A stretch of 64,000 nucleotides of DNA from an uncultured Chloroflexia bacterium. GTDB lineage: Bacteria > Chloroflexota > Limnocylindria > Limnocylindrales > CSP1-4. Under the pieces are notes generated by a model, which worked only from the letters and a program-made list of their open reading frames with translations, did no database searches and was not told the DNA's origin. Each line of letters starts with the position of its first letter. Position 1 is the first letter of the stretch. The DNA is taken from NCBI GenBank assembly GCA_963806175.1, contig CAWDXA010000011.1, positions 666,065 through 730,064 on the forward strand. Reading direction: 5' to 3'. Position numbers and translations under genes: made by a program. Positions 22,160-32,805 of the stretch are shown here, one piece after another.

Positions 22160-22956
22160 GGTCGCGCCGGGGTCACGGTCATCGTGAGACCGGGCAACGC
22201 CGGGCGGATCCAGCCCCCGGCTGATTCGCACAGCCCTTCGAGTTCCGGGCGTCGCGACGGGGGGTAATGGACGATCCGCGCCGCGCGCGAGCGAGCGCGC
22301 CGGGCCAGGTCGATCGCCTCCTCGGCGGTGAGGTGCCCGCGTTCCTCGTCGTCGTGGGACGCCAGCCGGAGCGCCGCCTCGACCAGCAGCAGGTCGGCGT
22401 CGCAGGCAAAGTCGACCACGCTGTCGCTCGGGCCCGTGTCGCCCGTATAGGCGATCCTTGCGCCGTCCGGCGCGAGGATGCTCATGGCCCAGGCCGGGAC
22501 GTAGTGGCGTCCGCGAGTGAAGGTGATGGTGAGGGGGCCGATCCGGAGTGGCTCGGCCGGGTCGTACTCGCGGATCGCGTACGCGTCGTCGAAGAAGCCG
22601 GCGCGTTCCGAGATCGCCGTCGCCAGGGCGTCCAGCCTGGCGCGGCCGCCGGGCGGCAGGTTGACGGGCAGCGGCTGGGTGGCGGGTTCGCCCCAGGGGT
22701 ACAGGTAGCGCAGCCCAGCCAGGTCCAGGTAGTGATCGGCGTGCATGTGACCGATCACCACGGCCGACAGCTCGTGCGGATCCATGAGGTCCTGGAGCGC
22801 GCGCACGACCCCCTGTCCGACGTCGAGGAGGACCCGGGTGGTGTCCCACTCGACGAGGAAGCCGGCCGCCGGCGAATCGAGATGCGGGGCGGCGCTGGCA
22901 TTGCCGAGCACCGTGAGGCGGAGGCCGCCCGACAGATTGGCAGTCATGGGCGCCAT
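22135..22956 (-). CDS. MBL-fold metallo-hydrolase (RNase Z/beta-lactamase superfamily)
   Basis: HxHxDH motif in VVIGHMHADHYLDL, plus later TGDTG and HLT motifs. Start chosen at MAPMTANLSGGLRLTVLG; the ORF track start is 23025. Confidence 0.75.
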   Translation of the reverse strand: MAPMTANLSGGLRLTVLGNASAAPHLDSPAAGFLVEWDTTRVLLDVGQGVVRALQDLMDPHELSAVVIGHMHADHYLDLAGLRYLYPWGEPATQPLPVNLPPGGRARLDALATAISERAGFFDDAYAIREYDPAEPLRIGPLTITFTRGRHYVPAWAMSILAPDGARIAYTGDTGPSDSVVDFACDADLLLVEAALRLASHDDEERGHLTAEEAIDLARRARSRAARIVHYPPSRRPELEGLCESAGGWIRPALPGLTMTVTPARPQEMVRTG

Positions 22957-23063
22957 GGTAGGCGCGCCGTCGCTCCAGATCAGCACGCATCCGACGGTGC
23001 CGCTGTCGCCCAGCCGACAGCGCACGGTGTCCGTGATCGCGGCCAGGCGCGGGCGTCCGGCCG

Positions 23064-23750
23064 TCAGCTCCGCTGGTACGTCGCGGTGACGGTCGCCTGG
23101 GCGAGGATGTGACCGGCCATCGCGGCTTCGAGCGTGCCGATCCTCGGGGCACCGCTCCGTTCGAGGACGGTGTCGAGCGCGGACAGCGTGAACCGGTAGT
23201 GGTGCGTACCGGACGGCGGGCAGGGACCGCCGTACCCGATCCTGCCGAAGCTGTTGGTCCCCTGTGGCGGCGCGCCGGGCGAAGCGGAGGCTCCGAGCGG
23301 GAGGCCGCCGGCCGGCGTGCCGGTCATGTCGAAGACGAGCCAGTGGACGAAGTCGCGGGCGTCCGGATCGATCATGGTCAGGACGAGCGCGCGCGTGCCG
23401 TCCGGGGCACCTTCCCAGGCGAGGTCGGGAGACACGTCCTCGCCGTCACAGCTGAAGCGACGAGGGATGGCCCCGCCGTCCTTGAACGAGGTGCTGGTCA
23501 AACGGAATGGCCCGGGATGCATGGTCGCAACCTCCGACGGAACAGGGCGGGGGACTACCGGTGTCGCGCCGCCCGGCGACGATGACGGGCCGGCCGCGGG
23601 CGGTTCGCTGCGCGCCGGCGATTGGGCCGCCCGCGCCGGGCCGGAGGCGGCCGGGACGGTGCTCGCCGATCCGCCGGTCGGGCTCGAGGATGTGCACGCG
23701 CCCAGGGTCAGGGCGATGCCGACGAGCGCGATCCCCAGTGTCGTTCGCAC
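23064..23750 (-). CDS. YbhB/YbcL (PEBP/Raf-kinase-inhibitor-like) family lipoprotein
   Basis: Lipobox LTLGAC after a signal peptide. PEBP core: DVSPDLAWEGAPDGTRALVLTMIDPDA...FVHWLVFD...GYGGPCPPSGTHHYRFTLSAL. Confidence 0.8.
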   Translation of the reverse strand: MRTTLGIALVGIALTLGACTSSSPTGGSASTVPAASGPARAAQSPARSEPPAAGPSSSPGGATPVVPRPVPSEVATMHPGPFRLTSTSFKDGGAIPRRFSCDGEDVSPDLAWEGAPDGTRALVLTMIDPDARDFVHWLVFDMTGTPAGGLPLGASASPGAPPQGTNSFGRIGYGGPCPPSGTHHYRFTLSALDTVLERSGAPRIGTLEAAMAGHILAQATVTATYQRS

Positions 23751-23764
23751 CGCGCCAGTATCCG

Positions 23765-25012
23765 TCAGGGCTCAGAAGGCGGCCCGCGGAGCTCCTCGAG
23801 GATGAACGCCGCCGCCGCCAGGGCGGCCCTCGATCGACCGAGCGATCCGGTCAGGAAGACGATACGACTGACCTGGCGTTCGGAGGCCGGAGTCGACACG
23901 GCGATGGAGACAGCGGTGTCACCGCTCCGAAACCGCGTCCGGACCGCGACCCCGACGGCAGCGTCCCCGAGCTCGCGCGCCTCGCGTGCGAACCGGACCA
24001 GGTCCCCGGCCGGCTCGGGGTCCCCATCGTGGCGGCTCTCGCGGACGTGGCGGCGTGACGCCGGGGCATCCTCGCCGAGGATCTCGTCGAAGCGGAGCCA
24101 GTCGCCGTCGCCAAGCAGAGCCGACAGGCTGCCGCCGGTCCCGATCTCGACCGCTGCCATGGTCCAGCCGAGCTCGGTCAGCCGGTGGCCGATGGCCTCG
24201 CTCCATGTGGTCTCGCCGGTGGCCCATACGTAGGTTCCGAGGCGCTCCCTGACCGTCATCGCGGCCTCCTCCACGAGGTCGTCGGCCGAACGGGGAGGCG
24301 CCGCGACCGCGGAGACGCGCACGTCCACGGCCTCGGTTCGGGCATACGTCGCGACGATCGGATTGGCGGCCCGCAGGAGCGCCTCGCCGAGCAGGTCGGC
24401 CACCTGCGACTCGCCGATGCCGGTCAACCGATAGGTCCGGGCGGCCACCTCGGTTCCCAGCCCGATGGCGTGCAGCCGGGGCACGGCCTGATCGGCCCAC
24501 ATCGGACGCATCTCACGCGGCGGTCCGGGCAGCGCCACGATCACGCGGCCGTCCGGCCGGGTCACCAACCAGCCGGGCGCGGTCCCGTTCGGGTTGTCCA
24601 GGATCGTCGCGGACGGAATGCGCCAGGCCTGCTTGAGGTTCAGCTCCAGGAACGGCAGCCCGCGGCGTCGCCAGAGCTCGCGCAGCCAGGCCTCCAGGTC
24701 CGGGTCCACGACGGGCGTCTCCGCGCACGCTGCGGCGATCGATTCCCGGGTGAGGTCGTCCGGCGTGGGGCCCAGCCCGCCGGTCGAGACGACCAGGTCG
24801 GAGCGGTCGATGCCGAGCCGGAACGCCTCGCTGACGGCAGCGAGGTCATCGGGCAGGGCGGTCAGCCGTCCGACCCGGACGCCCAGGCCGGTCAGGGACC
24901 TCGCCAGCTCGCCGGCATTGGTGTCGCGCGTGTCGCCGACCGTCAACTCGCTGCCGATGCTCAGGAGCTCGGCGGTCAGGAGGTGGCGGGAGGCGAGGGT
25001 GGGTTCAGGCAC
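23765..25012 (-). CDS. cinA: competence/damage-inducible protein CinA (MoCF-binding + CinA C-terminal domains)
   Basis: Intact 415 aa. Motifs: LLSIGSELTVGDTRDTNAGELA, VVSTGGLGPTPDDLTRE, NPNGTAPGW, LPGPPREM. Confidence 0.85.
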   Translation of the reverse strand: MPEPTLASRHLLTAELLSIGSELTVGDTRDTNAGELARSLTGLGVRVGRLTALPDDLAAVSEAFRLGIDRSDLVVSTGGLGPTPDDLTRESIAAACAETPVVDPDLEAWLRELWRRRGLPFLELNLKQAWRIPSATILDNPNGTAPGWLVTRPDGRVIVALPGPPREMRPMWADQAVPRLHAIGLGTEVAARTYRLTGIGESQVADLLGEALLRAANPIVATYARTEAVDVRVSAVAAPPRSADDLVEEAAMTVRERLGTYVWATGETTWSEAIGHRLTELGWTMAAVEIGTGGSLSALLGDGDWLRFDEILGEDAPASRRHVRESRHDGDPEPAGDLVRFAREARELGDAAVGVAVRTRFRSGDTAVSIAVSTPASERQVSRIVFLTGSLGRSRAALAAAAFILEELRGPPSEP

Positions 25013-25035
25013 GCGCGCCAGCGTACCGCGCCACG

Positions 25036-25990
25036 GTGACCAACGGCACTGCCGGTCCCGCGAACGCGCGCTGTATCATCCGGGCCAACCCCGCGCCTGC
25101 CCCGGCGCATCCGAGTCGGAGCCCGACCCCTGGACGACCCAACCTCGGTCCCACCGCAACAGCGCCCGCCGACGGGCGGCCCCCGCCGGCCGTCGCCCGG
25201 CCTGCGTGCCCAGATCGGCGCCACCCGCGAGGCGGCGATCGTCCTCGTTCGCGCCCACATCGAACTGGCCCGGACCGAGATCGGCGAGATCGCCGGCGAG
25301 GTCGGCCGGATCGTCGCCCTGGCCGCGCTGGCGATCGCGGTCGTCCTGTTCGCGGGGCTCCTGCTGGTGATCGGGGGGACGCTCTTCCTGGCCGAGTGGC
25401 TGCTCGGATCGATGGGCTGGGGCCTTCTCCACGGGATCCTGCTCGCGGTCGGGGTCTCGGTGGCGGCCGTCGCCCTGGCTGTCGGCGTGCCGGGCGGACG
25501 CCTGCTGCGCTGGTTCGTCGTGGCCCTCGTCGTGGCCCTGGCGGTCGGCGGTGCGCTCGGCCTCGACCTGCCGAACCAGCTGTACAGGAATTTCGGTGAG
25601 TCGGCCGGCCTGTCGGTCGAAGCCGGCGTTCGACCGCTGGTCTCCGGCCTGCTCATCGGGGCGCTCGTCGGGTTGGTCCTCGGGATCGCCCTGGCGGCGA
25701 TGCTCGGCGGAGCCGGAGGGGAGCGCTTCGCGGCCGTGCTGGGCCTGATCGTGGCCGGGGCGCTCGCCGGAGCGTTCAGCGCGATCACGTTCGGCGCCCA
25801 GGTCGGGGCCGCCGTGGGGATCACCGCCGGCTACCTCACCTGGATCGCCCTGATGGGCACGGACCTGGCCCGTAACGGCGTCGACACCGATGCGATCAAG
25901 CGCCGTTTCTATCCCACCGCGACGATCGAGACCAGCAAGGAGACACTCGAGTGGCTACAGAAACGGATGCCGCCCGGGATCGGGTCCTAG
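25036..25990 (+). CDS. multi-pass membrane protein with a Holin-X/DUF1469-like N-terminal segment; start uncertain, possible frameshift near 25195
   Basis: ORF 25367..25990 is clearly membranous. The same frame is open and coding-like upstream (LRAQIGATREAAIVLVRAHIELARTEIGEIAGEVGRIVALAALAI), but no start codon occurs until a frame switch to GTG 25036. Confidence 0.45.
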
Positions 25991-26571
25991 CGGCGCGAGC
26001 CGCGCTGGGCGACGAGCTCGACGCGCTCGAGGCGTCGGCCCGGGCCGCGGTCGACATCCCGGCCAAGATCCGGCGCAGTCCGGCCAGGGCCGCCGCGATG
26101 GCCGGGAGCGCCGGCTTCCTTGCGCTCGGCGGTCCGCAGCGCCTGTACCGCCGCGCCCGGCGTTCGTTGTTCGGGCCGACGGCGGATCTGCCGAAACGGA
26201 TGCTGCCAGAGGAGATCGAGAAGACACTCCGCCAGCTGGGGGATGACGGCGACAAGGTCCGTGGGGCACTCGAGCGGGACTTCGCGGACTACGCGAAGCA
26301 GGCCGCCAGGGACAACCCGCCGGTCAGCGCGCAGCTGGCGTCGGGCATCGCCAGGCCGCTCATCCGCCGCGGGATCAAGGCGGCCGGCGAGTGGTTCCTG
26401 CGGACGGATGCCGAAGGATTCTCGGCCCGTCTGGCGGAGGTTCGTGGGCGTGCGGTCGAGGAGGTTGCCAGGCGGCGCGAACCGGCCGCCAATCCGGCGG
26501 CGGGCCGGGCTCCCGCGGCGGACGCTGCTCCTGCGGCCGCCGCCGACGAGTCGGGGTCGGCCGGCGCCTGA
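25951..26571 (+). CDS. DUF3618-like protein (N-terminal helical segment plus TM, Ala/Pro-rich tail)
   Basis: ATETDAARDRVLAARAALGDELDALEASARAAVDIPAKIRRSP...AMAGSAGFLALGG resembles the DUF3618 pattern that often follows Holin-X-like genes in actinobacteria (from memory). GTG start overlaps the upstream gene by 40 nt. Confidence 0.5.
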   Translation: MATETDAARDRVLAARAALGDELDALEASARAAVDIPAKIRRSPARAAAMAGSAGFLALGGPQRLYRRARRSLFGPTADLPKRMLPEEIEKTLRQLGDDGDKVRGALERDFADYAKQAARDNPPVSAQLASGIARPLIRRGIKAAGEWFLRTDAEGFSARLAEVRGRAVEEVARRREPAANPAAGRAPAADAAPAAAADESGSAGA

Positions 26572-26726
26572 GCCAGTCCTGCCGCGATCGAAGTGGCGCC
26601 CGTTCGGTCGTGGGCGCGCCGGGACGTGTTGCCCGGATCTGGAGGCGGATCGGCACTTGGAGTCCCGCCCGTCACCGGTGACGCTTGCCATGACGAGCGG
26701 CGTGCGTCCCGGCTGGAGGGCACCTG

Positions 26727-27203
26727 GTGGACTACCTGGAGATCGGAGCCGCCTGGCTCCACACGCTGGCGTTCCTGATCGTCCTCGGGTACTACGGGAT
26801 CCTTGGGCGGTTCATCGTCCCCGCGCTGGAGCGAACGCTTGACGGTCCGCTGCTCGCCCGGGCGCTCATCGCCCTCGAACGTCAGGCCATTCCGTTCGTC
26901 CTGTTGGCGGTCGCGATCTTCATCGTGAGCGGCGCCTATCTCGTCGTCTCCGACCCGAACTACGAGGGCCTCGGCAACGTGTCCGGGTCGGCGTGGGCGA
27001 CGCTGATGCTGCTGAAGCATCTGCTCGTGGCCGGTCTCGTCGGGTTCGGCGTGGCCGTCGACCTGCTGATCCGCGACCTGGACTGGGCGGCCGATGCCGC
27101 GGCACGGCATACGGCCGTCCGGCGGATCCGGCTCACGGCCGATGGCCTGACCGGGCTCGGTGCCGTGATCATCCTGCTGACGGTCGTCGCCCAACAGGAC
27201 TAG
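26727..27203 (+). CDS. four-helix integral membrane protein (CopD/DUF4149-like)
   Basis: 158 aa with four long hydrophobic segments (LHTLAFLIVLGYYGILG, IPFVLLAVAIFIVSGAYLVV, WATLMLLKHLLVAGLVGFGVAV, LTGLGAVIILLTVV). The longer antisense ORF 26289..27224 is Arg/Pro-rich and was rejected. Confidence 0.5.
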   Translation: MDYLEIGAAWLHTLAFLIVLGYYGILGRFIVPALERTLDGPLLARALIALERQAIPFVLLAVAIFIVSGAYLVVSDPNYEGLGNVSGSAWATLMLLKHLLVAGLVGFGVAVDLLIRDLDWAADAAARHTAVRRIRLTADGLTGLGAVIILLTVVAQQD

Positions 27204-27271
27204 GCCCGCCGAACACCCGGTCATCGTGGCGTGCGTCTCCGCCCCGGGCCGAGGCAGTAGACTCCCGGAAC

Positions 27272-27359
27272 GGGCGAGTGGCGGAATGGCAGACGCGCCG
27301 GCCTTAGGAGCCGGTGCCGCGAAAGCGGCGTGGAGGTTCGACCCCTCTCTCGCCTACCA
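27272..27359 (+). tRNA. tRNA-Leu, anticodon UAG, class II long variable arm, CCA encoded
   Basis: Acceptor GGGCGAG/CTCGCCT (G1-U72). Anticodon arm CCGGC-CTTAGGA-GCCGG. Variable arm GCCGC-GAAA-GCGGC. T arm GGAGG-TTCGACC-CCTCT, then ACCA. Confidence 0.93.
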
Positions 27360-27432
27360 TCCGGTCGACGCTCGCCGCCGAGCCGGACGTCTCCGGCCTC
27401 GACCACGCACCCGGCCCTATACTTCCCGGGCG

Positions 27433-28857
27433 ATGCAGATCACCTCAACCCCCGCTCCCAATTCGACCCTCGTCCTCGAGATCGAGCTTCCGCCGGAGGA
27501 GTTGACCCGAGCCATCGGCGAGTCGGTCCGTCACCTGTCGCAGCGCACCCGCGTCCCCGGGTTCCGCCCGGGCAAGGCGCCGCGGCCGGTGCTGGAACGC
27601 CACCTCGGCCCCGGCGCGGTGCTCGATGATGCCGTCGAGCACCTCGTCGAGCGCTCCTACCGCAATGCGCTCGTCGAGCAGGATATCCTCCCGCTGACCA
27701 ACGCCGACGTGGAGGTCGTCCAGGCCGAAGAGGGCAAGCCGCTCGTGTTCAAGGCGACCGTCCAGGTCCGCCCGGAAGTCGAGCTCGGCGACTACAAGCA
27801 CTTCAACTTCCAGCCCGAGATCGACACCATCGACGACGCCCGGGTCGACCAGGTGATCGCCGAGCTGCGTGACCAGAACTCGACGCTCGCGGCCGTCGAG
27901 GACCGCGGCGCCCGTGACGGGGACTACGCCGTGATCTCGTTCGTCGGGACACGGGACGGCCAGCCGTTCGAGGGCGGCAGCTCGGAGCGTATGCCGCTGA
28001 TCCTGGGCCAGGAGCGGCTGATCCCGGGCTTCGAGGCCAACCTCGTCGGGCTCGAGGTCGGCGGCAAGAAGGGGTTCGAGATCACCTTCCCCGACGACTA
28101 CCCCGAGACGGAGCTGGCCGGCCAGCCGGCGCAGTTCGAGGTCGAGCTCAGGGAGCTTCGCGAGAAGGTGCAGCCGGAGCTCGACGACGACTTCATCAGG
28201 ACGCTCGGCGACTTCGCCGACCTCGACGCCCTTCGCGCCGATGTGCGGTCCCGACTCGAGCGCAACGCGCTCGACCGGGCACGCCACGCGTTCGCCGACC
28301 GGATCATCGACTATGCCGTCGCCAACGCCACCGTCGACCTGCCCGAGATCCTCGTGGAGCAGGAGGTCGAGGTGATGCACGACGAGTTCCGTGGCTCGCT
28401 CGCCCGCCAGGGGATCGGCGAGGAGGCCTATCTCAAGGCGATCGAAAAGACGGAAGCGGACATGCACGCCGAGTTCCGGCCGGGCGCGGAGAAGCGCGTG
28501 CGAACACTGCTGGTCCTGTCGAAGGTGGCCGAGGCCGAAGGCGTCGTCGTGCCCGAGAGCGACGTCGTCGACGAGATCGCCCGGGGCCGCGAGCGGTATG
28601 CCGGGGATCAGAAGCTGAGCGCGTACTTCGACTCCGAACGTGGTCGCTCGTATATCCGCAGCACGCTGCGGCGGACCAGGGTCGTCGAAGGGCTCGTCGA
28701 GGCGTGGCTGGCGGCACATCCCGATCATCCGGCCCTGCCGCACCTGGAGGACCAGCCCGGCTCCGCCACCGAAGGTGATCAGGCCGCCGCCAACGCCTCG
28801 ATCGGAGCCACCGATCCGGGCACGATTCTCGAGGACGCCCCGGCGGTCGCAGGCTGA
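27433..28857 (+). CDS. tig: trigger factor
   Basis: [24 protein letters not shown], ribosome-binding GFRPGKAP, and an FKBP-type PPIase segment ([38 protein letters not shown]). Lies upstream of clpP-clpX. Confidence 0.93.
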   Translation: MQITSTPAPNSTLVLEIELPPEELTRAIGESVRHLSQRTRVPGFRPGKAPRPVLERHLGPGAVLDDAVEHLVERSYRNALVEQDILPLTNADVEVVQAEEGKPLVFKATVQVRPEVELGDYKHFNFQPEIDTIDDARVDQVIAELRDQNSTLAAVEDRGARDGDYAVISFVGTRDGQPFEGGSSERMPLILGQERLIPGFEANLVGLEVGGKKGFEITFPDDYPETELAGQPAQFEVELRELREKVQPELDDDFIRTLGDFADLDALRADVRSRLERNALDRARHAFADRIIDYAVANATVDLPEILVEQEVEVMHDEFRGSLARQGIGEEAYLKAIEKTEADMHAEFRPGAEKRVRTLLVLSKVAEAEGVVVPESDVVDEIARGRERYAGDQKLSAYFDSERGRSYIRSTLRRTRVVEGLVEAWLAAHPDHPALPHLEDQPGSATEGDQAAANASIGATDPGTILEDAPAVAG

Positions 28858-28907
28858 CCGCGACCGGTACCCGGCACCACGCCGCAATCGCACCAGGAGT
28901 TCCAAGC

Positions 28908-29588
28908 ATGCTCGTTCCGATGGTCATCGAGTCCTCCAGCCGCGGGGAGCGCGCCTACGACATCTACTCGCGGCTGCTGAAGGAACGGATCATCTTCCTG
29001 GGCGACCAGATCGAGGATCACCTCGCCAACCTGATCATCGCCCAGCTCCTGTTCCTCGACTCGGAGGACCCGGAGAAGGACATCAGCCTGTACATCAACT
29101 CGCCGGGGGGCGTCGTCAACTCCGGTCTCGCCATCTACGACACGATGCAGTACCTGCGCGCGCCGGTCAGCACGATCTGCATCGGCATGGCCGCGTCGAT
29201 GGCGGCGGTGCTGCTGGCCGCCGGAGCCAAGGGCAAGCGCTACGCGCTGCCGAACAGTCGAATCATGATCCACCAGGGTTCCGGCGGGTTCCGTGGCAAC
29301 GCCCCGGACGCGGTCATCCAGATGAAGGAGTGGGAGTTCCTGGTCCAGCGCAACAACGAGATCCTGTCGCGCCACACGGGCCAGCCGCTGGAGAAGGTCG
29401 TCAAGGACACCGACCGGGACTATTTCATGTCTCCCGAGGATGCCAAGGACTATGGCATCATCGACTCGGTGTACTCGGTCCAGTGGGATTCACTGACTGC
29501 GCAGCACCATGACGAGAAGGTCTCCGAAGGGCCTGCGACGGACGGCGGCGATGCCGCCGAGCCGGCGCCGAAGAAGATCAAGGACTAG
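28908..29588 (+). CDS. clpP: ATP-dependent Clp protease proteolytic subunit
   Basis: Canonical text: [27 protein letters not shown], active-site [19 protein letters not shown]. Confidence 0.95.
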   Translation: MLVPMVIESSSRGERAYDIYSRLLKERIIFLGDQIEDHLANLIIAQLLFLDSEDPEKDISLYINSPGGVVNSGLAIYDTMQYLRAPVSTICIGMAASMAAVLLAAGAKGKRYALPNSRIMIHQGSGGFRGNAPDAVIQMKEWEFLVQRNNEILSRHTGQPLEKVVKDTDRDYFMSPEDAKDYGIIDSVYSVQWDSLTAQHHDEKVSEGPATDGGDAAEPAPKKIKD

Positions 29589-29611
29589 CCGGGACGACAA
29601 GGGGCCCACGC

Positions 29612-30925
29612 GTGACGACAACCAGCAGCAGCACCAAGGGACCCAAGGTCCCGTACCGCTGCTCCTTCTGTGGCAAGAGCCAGGAGCAGGTCCGCAAGCT
29701 CATCGCGGGCCAGGGCGTCTACATCTGCGACGAGTGCATCAACCTGTGCCAGGAGATCATCGAGGAGGAGCTCCTCGAGACCCCGCGGCCCAAGAATGCG
29801 TCGGCCAAGCTGCCGAACCCGCGCCAGATCAAGGATGCCCTCGACCAGTACGTGATCAGCCAGGAGCGCGCCAAGAAGGTCCTGTCGGTCGCGGTCTACA
29901 ACCACTACAAGCGGGTCAACGCCGGCCACCAGGTGGACGAGGTCGAGCTCCAGAAGTCGAACGTGCTCCTGGTGGGGCCGACCGGGTCGGGCAAGACGCT
30001 CCTGGCCCAGACCCTGGCCCGTGTGCTCGACGTCCCGTTCTGCATCGCCGACGCCACGTCCCTGACCGAGGCCGGCTACGTCGGTGAGGATGTCGAGAAC
30101 ATCCTGCTGCGCCTGATCCAGGCGGCCGACTTCGACGTCGCGCGCGCCCAGCGCGGGATCATCTACATCGACGAGATCGACAAGATCGCCCGCAAGGCGG
30201 ACAACCCGTCGATCACCCGCGATGTGTCGGGCGAGGGTGTGCAGCAGGCCCTGCTCAAGATCCTCGAGGGAACCGTCGCCAACGTGCCACCACAGGGCGG
30301 CCGGAAGCACCCCCACCAGGACTTCATCCAGATCGACACCACCAACGTCCTGTTCATCTGCGGCGGCGCCTTCGACGGCCTCGAGAAGATCGTCGAGGAG
30401 CGGGTGGGAAAGCGCACCATCGGATTCGGCTCGGATTCGATCATGGGCCCCGTCGAGCGCGGGCGGATCCTCGAGAAGCTGATGCCCGAGGACCTCCTGA
30501 AGTTCGGCCTGATCCCGGAGTTCATCGGTCGGCTGCCGGTCATGGTCACCCTGTCCGCGCTGTCCGCCGAGGACCTCGTGCGGGTCCTGACCGAGCCGAA
30601 GAACGCCGTCACCCGCCAGTTCGAGAAGTTCCTGTCGCTCGACAAAGTGGATCTGGCCTTCACGCCGGGTGCACTGCAGGCCGCCGCCGAGGTGGCCCTC
30701 GATCGCAAGACGGGGGCACGCGCGCTGCGCTCGATCGTCGAGGAGTCGCTGCTCGAGGTGATGTACGACATCCCCGACCGGACCGATATTCGCAAGTGCA
30801 TCATCACCGAGGAGACGATCCGGTCCGGGCGCCTGCCGCTGCTCCTGACCAAGACCGAGATCGATCGGGGTGTCGACGAGACCAACTACGAGGAGTGGCT
30901 CGCCGAGCGGAGCGCCAGCGCGTAG
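29612..30925 (+). CDS. clpX: ATP-dependent Clp protease ATP-binding subunit ClpX
   Basis: Zinc ribbon CSFCGKSQ...YICDECI. Walker [25 protein letters not shown]. Pore loop [18 protein letters not shown]. Confidence 0.97.
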   Translation: MTTTSSSTKGPKVPYRCSFCGKSQEQVRKLIAGQGVYICDECINLCQEIIEEELLETPRPKNASAKLPNPRQIKDALDQYVISQERAKKVLSVAVYNHYKRVNAGHQVDEVELQKSNVLLVGPTGSGKTLLAQTLARVLDVPFCIADATSLTEAGYVGEDVENILLRLIQAADFDVARAQRGIIYIDEIDKIARKADNPSITRDVSGEGVQQALLKILEGTVANVPPQGGRKHPHQDFIQIDTTNVLFICGGAFDGLEKIVEERVGKRTIGFGSDSIMGPVERGRILEKLMPEDLLKFGLIPEFIGRLPVMVTLSALSAEDLVRVLTEPKNAVTRQFEKFLSLDKVDLAFTPGALQAAAEVALDRKTGARALRSIVEESLLEVMYDIPDRTDIRKCIITEETIRSGRLPLLLTKTEIDRGVDETNYEEWLAERSASA

Positions 30926-30940
30926 GCTCCGCGCGGCCGC

Positions 30941-31600
30941 CTATCGATCCATTCCCGACGACCCGTCGCCTGGCTGCAGCCAGCCCTTCTCTTCGGCGAC
31001 CCGGGCCGCCTCCGCGCGGTTGCGCGCCCCGACCTTCTGGATGGCTGCGGACAGGTGGTTGCGGACGGTGCCCTCGGAGAGGGACAGGCGCTCGGCAATC
31101 TCGGCGTTCGTCCCGAGGGTGGCCGACAGGAGCAGCGCCTCCCGCTCTCGTTCGGTGAGCGGGTTGCTGCCCGAGGTCAGGGCGGTGACGGCCAGTGCCG
31201 GGTCGACGATCCGCTGGCCGGCCATCGCCCGCCGGATCGAGATCGCCAGCTGCGTCGCCGGCGCGTCCTTGAGCAGGAACCCGATCACTCCCACTTCGAG
31301 CGCCCGTCGCAGGTAGCCCGGGCGGCCGAACGTCGTCAGGATGATCACCCGGCAGCCCGGCAGCGTTCGGCGGAGCTCGGCCGCCGCCGAGATCCCGTCG
31401 AGGCCCGGCATCTCGATATCGAGGAGCGCGACATCAGGTCCCGACGCGACGGCCGCCGTCACGACCTCGTCGCCCCGTGAGACCTGGCTGACGACCTCGA
31501 TGTCGCCTTCCAGGGCAAGCAGCGCGGCGAGGGCGCCACGTACCATCGACTGGTCCTCGGCCAGCAGGACGCGGATCACGCGGTGTTCGTGGACCGTCAT
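30941..31600 (-). CDS. NarL/LuxR-family response regulator (DesR-like)
   Basis: Start chosen at MTVHEHRVIRVLLAEDQSMVRGAL (ATGA overlap with the kinase stop). Receiver Asp in LLDIEMPGLDG. C-terminal LuxR HTH LTEREREALLL...NAEIAERLSLSEGTVRNHLSAAIQKVGARNRAEA. Confidence 0.9.
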   Translation of the reverse strand: MTVHEHRVIRVLLAEDQSMVRGALAALLALEGDIEVVSQVSRGDEVVTAAVASGPDVALLDIEMPGLDGISAAAELRRTLPGCRVIILTTFGRPGYLRRALEVGVIGFLLKDAPATQLAISIRRAMAGQRIVDPALAVTALTSGSNPLTEREREALLLSATLGTNAEIAERLSLSEGTVRNHLSAAIQKVGARNRAEAARVAEEKGWLQPGDGSSGMDR

Positions 31601-32805
31601 CCGGCCACCGATCCGGGCAGCGTGACCCGAAGACGATAGCCCCGGCCGGGGAGCGGCCCGGCAACGACGACGCCGCCCAGGCTCGCGACACGCTCCGCCA
31701 GGCCACGCAGCCCGAACCCGCCACCGGCTCCATCGGAGGCTTCGACGCCGTCCGCCGGCACGCTGCCCGGCGTCACGAGGCGGGCGCCGACCCCGTCGTC
31801 CACGATCTCGGCGAAGACCTCCGACGCTCTCTGGCCGATCCGGATCGTGCAGGTCGAGGCGCGGCTGTGCCGCATGACGTTCGTGACGGCCTCGCGGACC
31901 GTCCATGCGAGCAGGGCATCAGCGACCGGCGCCAGCGGCAACTCCTCGGTCTCGAACCGGACGTCGATCCCGGCGGCCCGCAGTGCGGCCGTCGCGCCGC
32001 TCAGCTCCGCGCTCAGCGTCGGCTGGCGGAACCCGCCGATGGTGTCCCGGACGGCGGTCATCGCCTCGCGCGCGACGCGCTCGACGTCGGCGATCTCCAC
32101 CCGTGCTCGCGCCGGGTCGCCCGGAAGGAGCCGGCCGGCGAGCTCGCTCTTGAGCGTGATCAGCGACAGGCTGTGACCCAGCGTGTCGTGCAGGTCGCGG
32201 GCGATCCGCGAGCGCTCGTCGGCGACCGCGAGGCGCGCCAGTTCGTGTCGCGCCTCCTCGAGGGCGAGGTTGGTTCGCTGCAGCGCCCCGACCGAGTAGA
32301 TGAGGAACCCGATCATGGCGATGCTGAACCCCTGGATGACGGCGCCGCCCACGTCCGACGTGCTCCAGGCGATGCTTGCCGCGGAGACGACGCCGGTGAC
32401 GGCGATCGCCAGCTGCCCACGACGCTCGGGAAGGAGCCGGCTGCCCGAGGTCGAGGCAAAGTAGAAGAGCGCGACCCACCCGAGGTGCGAATCGCGCAGG
32501 ACGAGGATCCCGGCGATGGCGGTCTGGACGGCCCAGAACGCGACGGAGAAGCGGCTTGTTCGCGCGATCGGCGTCCCGTGGGCCCGGGATCGCCAGCCCA
32601 CCCCGAGAACGGCCACGAACATGACCACGGCCGTCGTCGCCAGCGCCCGGTCGAGCGGTGGGATGTCCAGCGTGAGGAGCGCAGCGGCGGGATACGCCAC
32701 GAAGATGAGTGCCGAGGCGATGAACACCGGGCGCCAGCGGGGTGACTCGCCCATCCACTGGATCGGGCCGTGCGTGCCGGACGGCTGCGGCCGTTCGTCA
32801 GCCAC
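31597..32805 (-). CDS. sensor histidine kinase, HisKA_3/DesK type
   Basis: Five N-terminal TM segments. H-box RIARDLHDTLGHSLSLI. HATPase text LAWTVREAVTNVMRHS...DDGVG...GFGLRGLAERV. Confidence 0.85.
   Translation of the reverse strand: MADERPQPSGTHGPIQWMGESPRWRPVFIASALIFVAYPAAALLTLDIPPLDRALATTAVVMFVAVLGVGWRSRAHGTPIARTSRFSVAFWAVQTAIAGILVLRDSHLGWVALFYFASTSGSRLLPERRGQLAIAVTGVVSAASIAWSTSDVGGAVIQGFSIAMIGFLIYSVGALQRTNLALEEARHELARLAVADERSRIARDLHDTLGHSLSLITLKSELAGRLLPGDPARARVEIADVERVAREAMTAVRDTIGGFRQPTLSAELSGATAALRAAGIDVRFETEELPLAPVADALLAWTVREAVTNVMRHSRASTCTIRIGQRASEVFAEIVDDGVGARLVTPGSVPADGVEASDGAGGGFGLRGLAERVASLGGVVVAGPLPGRGYRLRVTLPGSVAG

Noticed and set aside
27204-27432. tRNA-Leu as an integration hotspot or genomic-island boundary.
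   Set aside because: No integrase, no direct repeat of the tRNA 3' end, and no compositional break is visible by eye. The flanking genes (membrane proteins, tig-clpP-clpX) are ordinary core genes.
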